Notes: generated by a model not told the origin, from the sequence alone. Positions 1 through 11,482 are shown, counted from the whole stretch's first letter. The stretch: DNA of 62,908 nt, filler included, from Globobulimina sp. (GCA_003354225.1; 40 parts of 40 records of this genome joined end to end with filler, not necessarily neighbours in it), one strand, 5' to 3'. Numbers and translations: made by a program.

Positions 1-247
1 TTGGGTCAGTTTAAAAGATTTTGTTTAAACTGATTTTATGGTTTCAGTTTCAAACTATGTCTTTCTCATAGTTTGAAACTATAATCTTTCCTCAGTTTCA
101 AACTGATTTATTTTTCATACAAATATATGAATCCATTCCAAATGCATCCATTGCGCATCGCGTTGGCCATCTGGCGCTATGTAATAAATGTATTCTATAC
201 TATCCTATACTAATCTATCCTATACTAATCTATACTATCCTATACAG

Positions 248-1122
248 GTACACCCGCAACACATCGTCGTCCACGCGCCCAACATCGATATGATAGCCAT
301 CGCGCCGCAGCCTTTCGGTTTGATCCGACAGACGCCGTGGACAGTGATAATGATGAAGAGAAACAGATAATTTTGGGCGGCGATAGAAACGAAGAATTGG
401 TGGCGTTTGTAAAGCAAAAACATAAAATGCAGTCGATTTTGGAAATGTGGTATGGATACAGAGTGATATTATTGAAGGCGAAGGGTGGCAAAGAGAAAGT
501 GCCGAATTATCGCATTCCCACTGAAAATATTCAATTTTTAGTCCATTGGTTGGTCGCCGGCTCGTTAGTATTTGAGCAGGCGAAAGAATATAATGTATCG
601 TTTCACCCGGATGGCCTCGCGAGCGCAGCCGTCCATCAAAGGATCGCGCAGGTATTTAATGTTGTGCGAGAGAAATTAGGGATTAGTGGGTATAATCCCA
701 TTAATAAGAGCATGTCCGAGCGCATTTTTAAGAAATTATCGGCGGGTTGTGGGCACCAGGAGGATAAGACCCACTATGTAAACGTTTTGCTCAACAAATT
801 GCAGATGGATGTAAATGGATTATTATCAGCAAACAAAGAATATAATGATGATTTTACCCGGATCACCATGAATGCAGCATCAAAGAAAATTAGTCAATTA
901 CAAAGGCGGCATGACAAAGTCTCGAAAATGGATGTAAATTTGGAGGCGACGGTGGCGACGTTACGGCAGATGGTTGATTTGGAAACGAAGAAATTGATGA
1001 ATGAAAATAAGAAAAAAGTGGAGGCAGAAAAGGAAAACATTCAGAATTTGGTTGGGCGCGCGCATGAGAATGACATTGGTTTGTGGCGCTATTATGCAGT
1101 ATTAAATATTAATAAGTATTAA
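248..1122 (+). CDS. Hypothetical eukaryotic protein, terminal exon with C-terminal coiled coil (possibly TE-encoded)
   Basis: ORF 337-1122 stays open upstream to a putative acceptor TATACAG ending at 247, after a TATACTAATCTAT-repeat intron-like stretch. Confidence 0.55.
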
Positions 1123-1220
1123 AATGTTTGAAACTGCTTTCAAACAAAGGCATTTTCATGGTTTGAAACTGCCAAAATGCGGCAGTTCAAAAGGTATCAA
1201 ATATAATAATAGTTTCAGTT

Positions 1221-1413
1221 TCATTTCATTATAAGAATCTGGTTTGAAACTGAAACTACACTCTCAGCACACACAAAATCTAAGAACATACCACAAAGCG
1301 GCGCGCTGCGCGCGCCACGCCGCAAGCGGCGTCGCTTTGTGTTATGTACTAATATTTGGTTTGAAACTGAGATTATACTTTCAGTTTCAAACCAGAATCT
1401 TATAATGAAATGA
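1221..1413. repeat. 35-bp inverted repeat (1221-1255 / 1379-1413) enclosing a GC-rich T-shaped double hairpin (1286-1346)
   Basis: Arms are TCATTTCATTATAAGAATCTGGTTTGAAACTGAAA and its near-perfect reverse complement (1 mismatch). Inner hairpins are GGCGCGC-TGC-GCGCGCC and ACGCCGC-AA-GCGGCGT. Confidence 0.9.
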
Positions 1414-1476
1414 TCTGTACCAGTTTATTTTTTAGAATTAGTGTCCGGGTCATGGAGTCTAGTTTTGTGTCCAATT

Positions 1477-1576
1477 NNNNNNNNNNNNNNNNNNNNNNNN
1501 NNNNNNNNNNNNNNNNNNNNTTAATTAATTAANNNNNNNNNNNNNNNNNNNNNNNNNNNNNNNNNNNNNNNNNNNN
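1477..1576. other. Artificial contig spacer N44-TTAATTAATTAA-N44 (first of 39; recurs every 1574-1576 bp through 61335-61434)
   Basis: Identical 100-bp spacer with stops in all six frames. Contig lengths fall 1476->1475->1474, and 40 contigs plus 39 spacers sum to 62908. Confidence 0.99.
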
Positions 1577-1811
1577 GACAGAGAACACTTTCCTCTGCTT
1601 TTTCTGGTGAAACATCAAATTCTCCTTGAAGTTTTTCGCAAATCTTTCCAAGTGCAAGATTATCGCTAAGCATTTGCCATATACGTAATCCGGTAGGATT
1701 TAGAGTAAAATAATCTTTAGTACCAAGATGCAAAAGTACCGCCTCTTTGTCCTCTAATTCAGTGCAAATTACCTCAGAATCCATTTTTACTCTACTATTT
1801 AACCCTAGCAT
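1577..1811 (-). CDS. Bacterial PqqD-family / RiPP recognition element protein (3' truncated)
   Basis: EAVLL..YFTLNPTGLRIWQML..L..EFDVS is the typical PqqD pattern; Shine-Dalgarno AAGGAGGT lies upstream of the ATG. Confidence 0.85.
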
Positions 1812-2215
1812 TTGTTTCCACCTCCTTTGTACATATTTTTAACTAATTTTTATCAAATCAGTGATTCACAGAAAACTCACTATTCCAATCTGTTTTCTCG
1901 AAATAATTTAAGCAATACCAACATGGGAAGTAATCAGAATCTTCAAATTCACTATTTTGTGCTTTGATCATCAACGTAAAGGTATTTATATTCAAAAAAA
2001 GGTATATTTAACATGGTACAAACGTTCAAGTCTCTGCTTCTTTTTGGGAGGTGATTCATTATCACTTTCGCTGTCCATCTTTTTTTTTCTTTTGATCATC
2101 ATTCAATATATAAGCACAAAACCTGAGCAAACCTGACCAACAAAAACATTTGTAAACCAATTTTTAAACAAACTCACTGTCAAAATATCTTGAAACGTAC
2201 ATGAAATAAATAATT

Positions 2216-3052
2216 TTACTGACTAATCATAGTTTTTGTGCTATTTTTGATTCCTTGAATTTGTTTCCGTTTATTAACAATGTATAACATCATCGCAAAT
2301 GTATAAATCACAATCTTTTCCTTAATCATAAACATCAATGCATTATTCAAAGACGACTGAGCTAACTTTGTAGTCAATCCACTATAAAATTTTTGCACAC
2401 CATATTCCTTATAGGTTTTGATAGCAATATCCAATGCACTCTGTCTTTTATTGTCTGTATTATCCGCTTGTTGATTATATTTAATATAAATTAAGGGATA
2501 ACAAAGAATTGTTGTGATTGCTTTACTTAATAAACCAGCAAAAAAGTCAATCACTGCCGATTTCAATCCAAATGAAACATTCATATATTTCCGTATACGT
2601 CCATATAAATACATATTCATCGCAGGATTAATGACCAATATCATACTCATTCCAAATCCAGACCAAAGTGCTGAAATTCCGTGTCTTTGCGATATATTTG
2701 TAATTATGATCGATGCGCTCGCATTGGCTCTATCTTCGCTGTGTGTGGTTTGCAATATCTTTTGAATGGTTGCTAATGGCGATGTAAATATTTGTGTCAA
2801 TATCCCAGCGATACAGCCTCGAAATAATGCGACAACCATTGGCATTTCGCGTGGATTATTCACTGCGGAATAACGTTTTTTCCAATCGTTTTTTAAAAAT
2901 GAATAGAAGAAAAAATAAATTCCATTAAATATAAATTTCTCAAATATACCAAATTGTAAACCACGATAAATATCCAATATATTGTCGCCTCGCAAATGAA
3001 TAAAATCTTCGATGATTGTTCTTATTGTAATGATACGGGCTGTTGAGTGCGC
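2216..3052 (-). CDS. Mitochondrial carrier family protein, PMP34/ANT1-like peroxisomal adenine nucleotide transporter (5' partial)
   Basis: Carrier repeats SPLATIQKILQ and YPLIYIKYNQQ, plus ALWSGF..ILVINPA and FYSGL..KL.QS.L. Confidence 0.85.
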   Translation of the reverse strand, partial: AHSTARIITIRTIIEDFIHLRGDNILDIYRGLQFGIFEKFIFNGIYFFFYSFLKNDWKKRYSAVNNPREMPMVVALFRGCIAGILTQIFTSPLATIQKILQTTHSEDRANASASIIITNISQRHGISALWSGFGMSMILVINPAMNMYLYGRIRKYMNVSFGLKSAVIDFFAGLLSKAITTILCYPLIYIKYNQQADNTDNKRQSALDIAIKTYKEYGVQKFYSGLTTKLAQSSLNNALMFMIKEKIVIYTFAMMLYIVNKRKQIQGIKNSTKTMISQ

Positions 3053-3679
3053 NNNNNNNNNNNNNNNNNNNNNNNNNNNNNNNNNNNNNNNNNNNNTTAA
3101 TTAATTAANNNNNNNNNNNNNNNNNNNNNNNNNNNNNNNNNNNNNNNNNNNNCAACAAGCGTTGCATACAGAAAGAGATGGATTTCATGCAAAATTGAAG
3201 GATGTTGTGATTGAACATGTTTCTAATTTGGATGTGATAGCAAAGCAATCGAATGTCGCTGTTCAAAATGCAAACTGGATCCAAGATGTTGTAACTGACG
3301 ATAATGTCCGGTTGGATGACGATAATCGACAAATGAGCTCAATTTGGGAGCCAAAACTAGTGTAAATTAACAATTTCAGTAAATTTTGTTATCCATAATA
3401 ATAATGAATGCATAAAACAAAACAAAATATATGTGACTGTCCAAAGACATACTGCCACACATATTCCTTATTGATATTAATAAATGTATACTAAGCCACA
3501 GTGGATATGCGTTTCATAATTCATATTTTTTTTCGCTCCATTTCTAAATATTTATGTGATTCGTTTTTTTTATGTTTATATGGATTCCGTAATTTAAATA
3601 CACCAAAGTGAAATCAAAAAATACCGCAAAGTTTTTTTATCTGTGATCTAGTCCTCGCTTCGACTAAAGTAAAGTTTCA

Positions 3680-4628
3680 ATGCTTTCGGCTCCAACAAAT
3701 AAGTTCCCAACAGTAAAAATATCCCATTTGAACAGACAAAGAAACAATTCATCAACATCTCGCCTTTCAACATGGTCTCAGATTCGACCATTTATCTATA
3801 AAACAATGATTTCTTCAAATAAATCAAATTCGCAATGGCTACATAAGGAATTATCATCATTTGAAGAGAGACTGCGAACTGATTATCCCAAAGATATTGT
3901 TCCCATCATTATGGATGATCACATTCGATCCGTATTAACAAAATATCCAGAATCTTTGCATAAATCCATACTAAAAATGTTATTCAATAAAATCCCAAAA
4001 TTAAAGCCAAATACAATATTTTTCATACCCTCATCGCCAAAACGTCAAAATAAACCTAAACACAAACACAAAAATAAAAAGAAAAGGAAAAAACATAAAA
4101 AAAACAAAAAATCAAAAAGCAACATCACTGATTCAAACAATGCAAATGCTGCCACTTTAGAGCCATTCCACAAAAACAACTCATCCGATTCATCCATAAT
4201 ACATTCGTCGTCATCTTCCACTGACAACCTTGCCCATATTCACATATCTGATGCTATCAAATTAAGCAAACTCAATCAGCAAAAAACATCCTCCGTATCA
4301 GATAGTAATTATTTCTTTGCCTCCACCTTCAAACAGCAAATACATTTAAATTTAACCGACGAAGACAACGACAACGACAACGACAACGACGAGAATCCCA
4401 ACGAGACAGACGTCGCTATAGCGGCCACAAAACGCGATATTGAATTCTCGCCGTCTGCCTCCTCGCGAATATCGGGCGGCTTTGACTATAACGACAATGA
4501 CATAAATATAGTTATACTGGATTTAAATGACAATGAGGACGATAATAATAATGCATATGACGGATATAATAACGGCAGCGACAAAACTATGGATTCCACC
4601 GACGATGAGACAAATAAACTGAATAATA
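3680..4628 (+). CDS. Hypothetical low-complexity protein (Lys-rich and Asp/Asn-rich), 3' truncated
   Basis: Long ORF with no recognisable domain. Confidence 0.5.
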
Positions 4629-4728
4629 NNNNNNNNNNNNNNNNNNNNNNNNNNNNNNNNNNNNNNNNNNNNTTAATTAATTAANNNNNNNNNNNNNNNN
4701 NNNNNNNNNNNNNNNNNNNNNNNNNNNN

Positions 4729-4903
4729 TTAGATTTTCTGGATAATCTAGCAATATATCATCTGCATTATAACCATCAAAATGTACCAAATATCTGTCCG
4801 GCTGGGTAGTATTCTGTAAAATTGTTGCTTGATACCACTGATTATCATCTTGCCATTGAGCCATAACTATATCTCCAATTTTAAATGGATTCAAATGAGG
4901 CAT
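4729..4903 (-). CDS. Tudor-domain protein fragment
   Basis: FKIGDIVMAQWQDDNQWYQATI..YLVHFDGY is an SMN/Tudor signature. Confidence 0.8.
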
Positions 4904-5472
4904 ACTATCAATTAATTATATTCGTACTTCTCTTTAATTAATGGTAAAATAGTTCAGCAGCTGCATATTGCATAATTATAAAAATAGATAAATATAAAAA
5001 TCTATTTAGAAAAATCTCTTTTTTGTTCCATCCTCGCGCAACAAAGCAAAACACGTTGTTCAACGGTGTTTGTTGAAAATCGTCTACCAGACAAAATAGA
5101 ACAGTTACTTCATTAAATTAAACTTATCTGATCAATTTTATTTATTTATTTTATTTAATTGTACAGCTTACCGAAAGCATTGCCAATGGCAGTATCAGTT
5201 TACGCTCTCCCTCCAAACAACACAGTCAATTCATGTCCCTGTACCTGGCAAACAAATTAATCACATAAACAATACTAATGACAAAATCCTATGTTTATGT
5301 GGTTTCTATTTAATCAAAAACGTAAATGTTGTTCGAAAACATCGTGCTGTTTGTCGTCAATCATGTATGTCAATAATACTTTTCTTGAGAAAATTCCATC
5401 ATAATTATAAAAAACAAAAAAATAGTTTCGTATTGTCACAGATGTCTGGCAATATTTTCTGATCGCAAATCA

Positions 5473-5913
5473 TTGGATTACCATCAAAGAACAGTCCATT
5501 ACAATGATAAAATTAAAGCATTCAACAAAAGGAATTCGAATGATACAAATTTATTGAAATTCCAATGTATTTTTTGTAAGAAAGGATTTGCAGAGAAAAG
5601 AAAACAAATTTACCATCAAAGAATACATTTGAATGAAAGAAAAGAGATTTGTCAATTTTGTAAAAAAGGGTTTACAGATCCATCCACATTGAGGCAGCAT
5701 ATTATTAATATCCACAATAATGTGACTAAGCAGTATTTGTGTAAAAAATGTGGAAAAAGATTCAACAAATTATCATTGTTGCAAACACATTGGAAAACAC
5801 ATATTATTCGGGTCAATCAAAGGAAAACGTTTCATTGTGATATGGATCAATGTCAATCAACATTTACGACGCAGTCAAATAAAAATAAACATTTAAAAAA
5901 ATTTCATTATTAA
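5473..5913 (+). CDS. C2H2 zinc-finger protein (4 fingers), probably the last exon
   Basis: Four Cx2-4C...Hx3-4H units. Confidence 0.9.
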   Translation: MDYHQRTVHYNDKIKAFNKRNSNDTNLLKFQCIFCKKGFAEKRKQIYHQRIHLNERKEICQFCKKGFTDPSTLRQHIINIHNNVTKQYLCKKCGKRFNKLSLLQTHWKTHIIRVNQRKTFHCDMDQCQSTFTTQSNKNKHLKKFHY

Positions 5914-6332
5914 AAATGTGCTTAATACTTTTTTTCATGCGTTTTTTGTTTGTCTTTTTTGTTATCGTCCAAAACTTAGTGAATCAATTGTTGCATTTGA
6001 TATGCATTAGGATTCTGCATTCGGTATGCATTCAAAAGATTTATTTTTTAATGAATGATGTCCTCGCACTTCACAGTTGTGAAGTTTTGGAAATGTTCGG
6101 AACTTCAAATTTATCGAGATGTCGTACGACAGATCTCAAACCAACACCATAAACCAGTCTCCTTATTGCTTTGAACTTATTCTAATGATTTTCGCGGGAT
6201 TTGTNNNNNNNNNNNNNNNNNNNNNNNNNNNNNNNNNNNNNNNNNNNNTTAATTAATTAANNNNNNNNNNNNNNNNNNNNNNNNNNNNNNNNNNNNNNNN
6301 NNNNCACAGAGAGCGAGTAGAACACTTATTTG

Positions 6333-6566
6333 AACGATATATTCCAAAAGATAACCCCCCCCTGGTCGATAAGTTGTATACATTTAATTCAATTATCTGA
6401 GAAACGCTTTGCATATCCAGAAACAGTTTGCTATAGGTTTATCTTGTGTTTGTTTTGGGTTTGTTATAACTTTGTCTTGGGTTTGCAAATCCAGAACAAA
6501 GTCAGAACAAAATTATAATTGAATTTTCGGTATACAAAGGGGGGTTATCTTTTGGAATATATCGTT
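6333..6566. mobile_element. MITE with ~27-bp TIR (AACGATATATTCCAAAAGATAACCCCC)
   Basis: Perfect inverted termini; the right end recurs at 55348-55419 on another contig. Confidence 0.85.
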
Positions 6567-6746
6567 GAGCGACAATGATTTTGAAAATATGTATAAGCTC
6601 AAGTCTCAAGGTTCTGTATTTCATGATTTAATTAATATAATAACATAAAAGCTCCCACTAATAATTAATAATTAATAATAATTATAAAGCACACAAATGA
6701 AAAAAAGTTAAGAACCGCCACAATTAATTTTTAATTTCAGCATCTT

Positions 6747-6936
6747 CAGTGGTGGAATCCAGTACGAAAATAGTTAAGGCAGTTTTTTAGAAGTTAAGGC
6801 AGTTTTATATGCATATATAGAGAATGTTAGGGATAAAACTTAATTGGGAAAAAAAAGAAATTGGAAAAGTTAAATAAATAAAAAAATTGGAAAAGTTAAG
6901 GCAGTTTTCAAAAAGTTGTAATGCATTCCACCACTG
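6747..6936. mobile_element. hAT-type MITE (TIR CAGTGGTGGAAT) with 8-bp TSD, nested in a larger palindrome (6701-6978)
   Basis: 12-bp TIRs; flanks AGCATCTT / AGCATCGT (7 of 8 match); internal AGTTAAGGCAGTTTT x3. Confidence 0.85.
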
Positions 6937-6996
6937 AGCATCGTTACAAAATTAAATGTGTGGGTTCTTAACTTTTTTCACCTTATATAGAAGTCT

Positions 6997-7577
6997 TTAT
7001 AATTTGCTATTTAAATCCTGAATTATTAAATTATTGACAGCCATAATCTGTTGGTTTAATAATATTTTACAATGCGGTGCGATAAATTTCATCAATTCAT
7101 GAATACGTCCAATTGGTAAATATTTTGTACCTCCAACAAATCCAACACAATTCGCTGCATGACATTGACAATAAAACCCTTCAGTCATTTCCCATTCGTT
7201 TGCTGTATAAAGAACAAATACGTACGGTTCAACAGTAAGGAACGGCAGATAGCATATACCAGTATACCTGGATAAAAATGTGTTAACTCATCACCTTTTT
7301 GAACATCTTGAAGTGCGACAGTTTGCTTGTTCCTAAAATCATGATGGAAATTTGGGGAACATGAATGATTATAATATTGCATATCTTCATCAGCAAATAA
7401 TATATGCATATTTCCCCCAATTTGTGTTGTAAATCTATCTTTCTTTGATGACGAAATTGAACCTTTCCAGTCATATATCACACCACCTTTTGGAATGTCT
7501 TCAGTTGCAAACATTCCTTGTACTTGCTTTCCATTTATAATTCGAATGCCTCTTTCAAACACTTTTCTGTTTATCAT
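6997..7577 (-). CDS. Small SET + post-SET domain protein (intron 7203-7267)
   Basis: GMFATEDIPKG, YNHSCSPN, GDELT.FY; splicing gives FYPANEWEMTEGFYCQCHAANC. Confidence 0.9.
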
Positions 7578-8086
7578 ATCATATCATATCATGTACGTTG
7601 TGGTTAATAGAATTCGTGCATTTAACTGAATCGAAAGCAAAATCACTAATTCCAGAGTTGTGATCTTTCCCCCCGTATACTTCACTGGCTTAGTGCGTAT
7701 ACTTCCTTGCTCATACCATGTCTAATACGCTATCATGGATCCATAACGCACAGTCATACCATAGTGGTATATGCATATTGNNNNNNNNNNNNNNNNNNNN
7801 NNNNNNNNNNNNNNNNNNNNNNNNTTAATTAATTAANNNNNNNNNNNNNNNNNNNNNNNNNNNNNNNNNNNNNNNNNNNNAAATATTGTTCAGGGGATGT
7901 TAGTACTGGATTCACCAGATGACTGGGACCGGTTTTATACTGCAGGTCTTTTTGCTGACTTTATGGGCAAAAATGTGACAGGGAAAAAAACCAGGTCTGC
8001 ACATCAAACAGTTCCGGCAACACGTCCACACGCAAATCATAGGCCACATGAAAAGAGAGAATCAAGGCGGCAAGATCCGTTAATAG

Positions 8087-8323
8087 GATGGTTATAAATG
8101 TAATGGAGGTGTAGCTAAACGGTATACTTCTGCGATGTATGTGGGTGATACAATCGATGTTCATTTGGATTTGAGAGCATATAAATTATCATTTTCTGTG
8201 AATGGCAAAAGCTGCGGTGTTGCTTATCATAATTTAAAACAAACAAAAGTTACAGAATATAGATTTGCTGTCACTTTACACAGAGGAGATTCAGTAAAAT
8301 TGTTATCGAGTGCTATGAAATGA
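8087..8323 (+). CDS. SPRY/B30.2-like domain, C-terminal fragment
   Basis: GDTIDVHLDL..LSFSVNGKS.GVAY..YRFAVTL pattern. Confidence 0.65.
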   Translation, partial: DGYKCNGGVAKRYTSAMYVGDTIDVHLDLRAYKLSFSVNGKSCGVAYHNLKQTKVTEYRFAVTLHRGDSVKLLSSAMK

Positions 8324-8938
8324 TGAAAATTAAGATATAAAATGTGTGTAGGTTGTATGCTTTAGAACATGAATAATTTGAATTATCCTCGCACACACGG
8401 AAGATGGTGATCACTTCCTCTGGTCTTGGTTGATGTGCTATTTATCCCCTTGGGAAAAGCGAACATCGAGTAGACCTTTGGAATTTATGCGATCTAATTC
8501 GCGTTGAGTTCGAGTGCTTCGAGCCTAGTGATCGAGTGTATAGGATCTCTAAAGGGTTTGATATGTGTGTATTTTAGAGTGTACTTCGTATTTCCACGAT
8601 ATGTGTGTATTAACAAATAGTTAACTCAAGTAATGCTGTAATGTTTTTGTAATCTAGTAATCTTTCTGTAATCTTGCTATCTAACTTGTAATCTTGTCTA
8701 TCGCTCATTTTACCAGTTACGTCTGTATCAATTATCAAAATGGCAAAAACAGTACAAAAACAAAAACAAAAAAAAAGAAAACCAAAAAAAAACACAAACA
8801 AAATTGTATGCAATGCAATAAATCACTAAAAAAAAAAAGGAAAGATTACAATGATAAATTTCTATATAAAATTGATTAAATATATAATGAATTTGAAAAA
8901 CAGTCAAATCATATACCACTTCTTGTATCCTCCTCACA

Positions 8939-9175
8939 TTAATACAATTTCAATTCTTTCGTAACTTGGTCAATATCGACAGACGGATACGGTCCAATCG
9001 CTAACACCGTCTTGGAACCCGCTTTAATTTGAGTATGGCCCGCATCGCACACCAAATAATGTGGTAAATTATGAATCATCGCTTTATCTTTCAACTCCAA
9101 CAACATCTTTTCATTCGCACATTGCAACACAATCTTTTTGCCGCCATTCATTCGCCACAACCTCAATCGCATTTT
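8939..9175 (-). CDS. PTH2: Peptidyl-tRNA hydrolase 2, C-terminal part
   Basis: GGKKIVL...DAGHTQIKAGSKTVLAIGP..DIDQVT..LKLY is the PTH2 signature. Confidence 0.9.
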   Translation of the reverse strand, partial: KMRLRLWRMNGGKKIVLQCANEKMLLELKDKAMIHNLPHYLVCDAGHTQIKAGSKTVLAIGPYPSVDIDQVTKELKLY

Positions 9176-9356
9176 CCGCTGCCTGACGCACCCCATTGCA
9201 CACCAGCTCGCCGAAGGGTGCCGTATATTTGCCTTTGATCGTGTCGCCTGTTACTTCTCCGGAAAACTCAATCGAAGACCCACCCCTTCCCATGGCCCGT
9301 GCAAACGTCAGAGTCTTGCCGTCAAACGCCAATTCGCTTAGTGGCATCGTCTGATC
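9176..9356 (-). other. GC-rich, probably bacterial hypothetical protein fragment (chimeric join)
   Basis: Abrupt GC rise; FDGKTLTF..IEFSGEVTGDTIKG beta-rich peptide in a different frame from PTH2. Confidence 0.55.
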
Positions 9357-9456
9357 NNNNNNNNNNNNNNNNNNNNNNNNNNNNNNNNNNNNNNNNNNNN
9401 TTAATTAATTAANNNNNNNNNNNNNNNNNNNNNNNNNNNNNNNNNNNNNNNNNNNN

Positions 9457-9575
9457 GTGTTAGTTTTGAACTGCCGAATCTCCGAATTAACTCGGTGAAT
9501 TTGGGCTCGCCGAATTAAGAAGTTTTTCGAATGCCCCGAACGACTCGGTGAATTCAGACTCAGTGTTCATCACTG
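9457..9575. mobile_element. Possible hAT-like element end with CCGAA/CTCGGTGAATT subterminal repeats
   Basis: Ends in GTTCATCACTG (reverse complement CAGTGATGAAC) exactly where the RLE ORF loses similarity. Confidence 0.45.
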
Positions 9576-9830
9576 GCTGAATTACATAATTGTTTAACTT
9601 TCTTACTGATTCCTCCAAAGCTTTCAAATGCTAAAGGCATAAATTTATATCCATTTAATAAGTCAGATTCAAATTTATTTTCATAGTTTGCCACTTTATT
9701 TCTTTCACCAATTTTTCCCGCCATAAAATGTCCAATGTTTTCATTCTCGATATTCCTCTTATTCTCATTACTAAATATATCCGTTACCACGACATCCAAT
9801 AATAATTTACTAATCTTATTTTTTTCAAGA
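9576..9830 (-). pseudogene. Fragment of the restriction-like endonuclease (RLE) domain of a non-LTR retrotransposon
   Basis: LLDVVVTD...K..Y...FMPLAFESFGGI, matching the motif set of ORF 20590-21828. Confidence 0.7.
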
Positions 9831-11164
9831 AGAAAATTTGTGCATTTCAAGAAGAAAAAACTGAATTTATCAGAGACATACATATTTTCGTGAAACATAC
9901 TGAATTTATCAGAGACAAAAAACTGAATTTATCTTTCGTGAAACATTTACATATTTTTATTTATTAATATTAGTCATCCTCGCCGACGTTGTATTTGAGT
10001 CACCGCGGTATATACATACTGTTCAATTAAAATATTTCAATTTCATTACTCAATTTTATCCATATTTTATCTGACCACAACGAGCTACAGAAAAGGAGAC
10101 ATATACCGTAAATACATACAACGTCATTGAACAATTTACAAGAGAAGCTATACAAACACGAGCAATTAATAGTATTATCCATACATATTTATTCCCAGAA
10201 ATCGACAATCTCAGACAATTAGATTATATATATAACGCTCTCAAATCCGAGACGAAAACCTTTTTTAATCGTAACAGAAATATTATATTATCAATAGTCA
10301 GGAGGTAATAAGGCAAAATAATGAATTTAAACAAGAAACTAAGCGATTCGTTATCCATTATCAACATAAACAGCAACAACAACAACAAAAACATAATCTA
10401 TAATGAAAAAAAACAACAACAAACAGAACAACAACAACAACAAAGAATGGCTAACATAAACAGTAACTTACGCTGTATTTATCACATACTCAAAATCAGT
10501 TGAATCACATATAATGCGCCAAATACCACACACTCCACACATTTTAAAGCTATATAATGACTATAAAATAGATATTATTGATAGCCAATTACAACCAAAA
10601 CTATCAACATAGAATTGCATATTTCAAGAAGATTTAGGTTGATTTTATTACTAATTCAATTTTAAAGCAATTAAATGAAGAATCAAAAAGTTATAACCAA
10701 TAGCGTGTGTGTTTTTTTTATTTATCGTGATAATTGTTCTTACCGTACTGTTGACTTCAAAATGAACAATTGAGCAGGACAGAAAACGTTAATAGTTGTT
10801 ATTTTCTTAATGTATGTGCGTAGTGCGCAGCTGGATGATGTGTTATTTTCCATCCAACAAAAAAAAACTATTATTTAATATAACATGGTTCACTGTGATT
10901 GTGCTGACGTTTCAGTTAGAAATTGCTTAATCNNNNNNNNNNNNNNNNNNNNNNNNNNNNNNNNNNNNNNNNNNNNTTAATTAATTAANNNNNNNNNNNN
11001 NNNNNNNNNNNNNNNNNNNNNNNNNNNNNNNNCCCAGAGGCAAGAAGCCGGGGTGCAAGAACCCCGGAGGCAAGAGGCTTATTTGTTATGTTTGAATTCA
11101 ATAATTCCTATACAAATCCTTAACTAAATTCCTTTAGGAAAAGAAAAAATTTTGTAAAAAAAAA

Positions 11165-11482
11165 ATATTTCGTCGTTTCTGAAATTCATGTACAAAATTC
11201 GTTTCTGAAATTTCTCAGATTTATTTCGTCAGAAAACGTTTCTATAATTCTCGGATTTATATCTGTAATTCCTATAGAACGTTTCTGAAAATGTTCCTGA
11301 AAAACTTTTCTGAAAATGTTATAAAAACGTTTCTGAAAATATTCCTGAAAAACGTTTCTGAAAATGTTATAAAAACATTTCTGAAAATATTTATCAGATT
11401 TATTTCATCAGAAAATGTTCCTGAAAAACGTTTCTGAAAATGTTCAAAAAACGTTTCTGAAAATGTTCCTAAAAACGTTTTA
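11165..11482. repeat. Degenerate minisatellite built on AAAACGTTTCTGAAAAT(G/A)TT
   Basis: More than 10 visible imperfect copies. Confidence 0.9.

Noticed and set aside
40-1395. CRISPR-like GTTT...GAAAC motifs
   Set aside because: Only 9-12 bp conserved, both orientations, irregular spacing and no cas genes.
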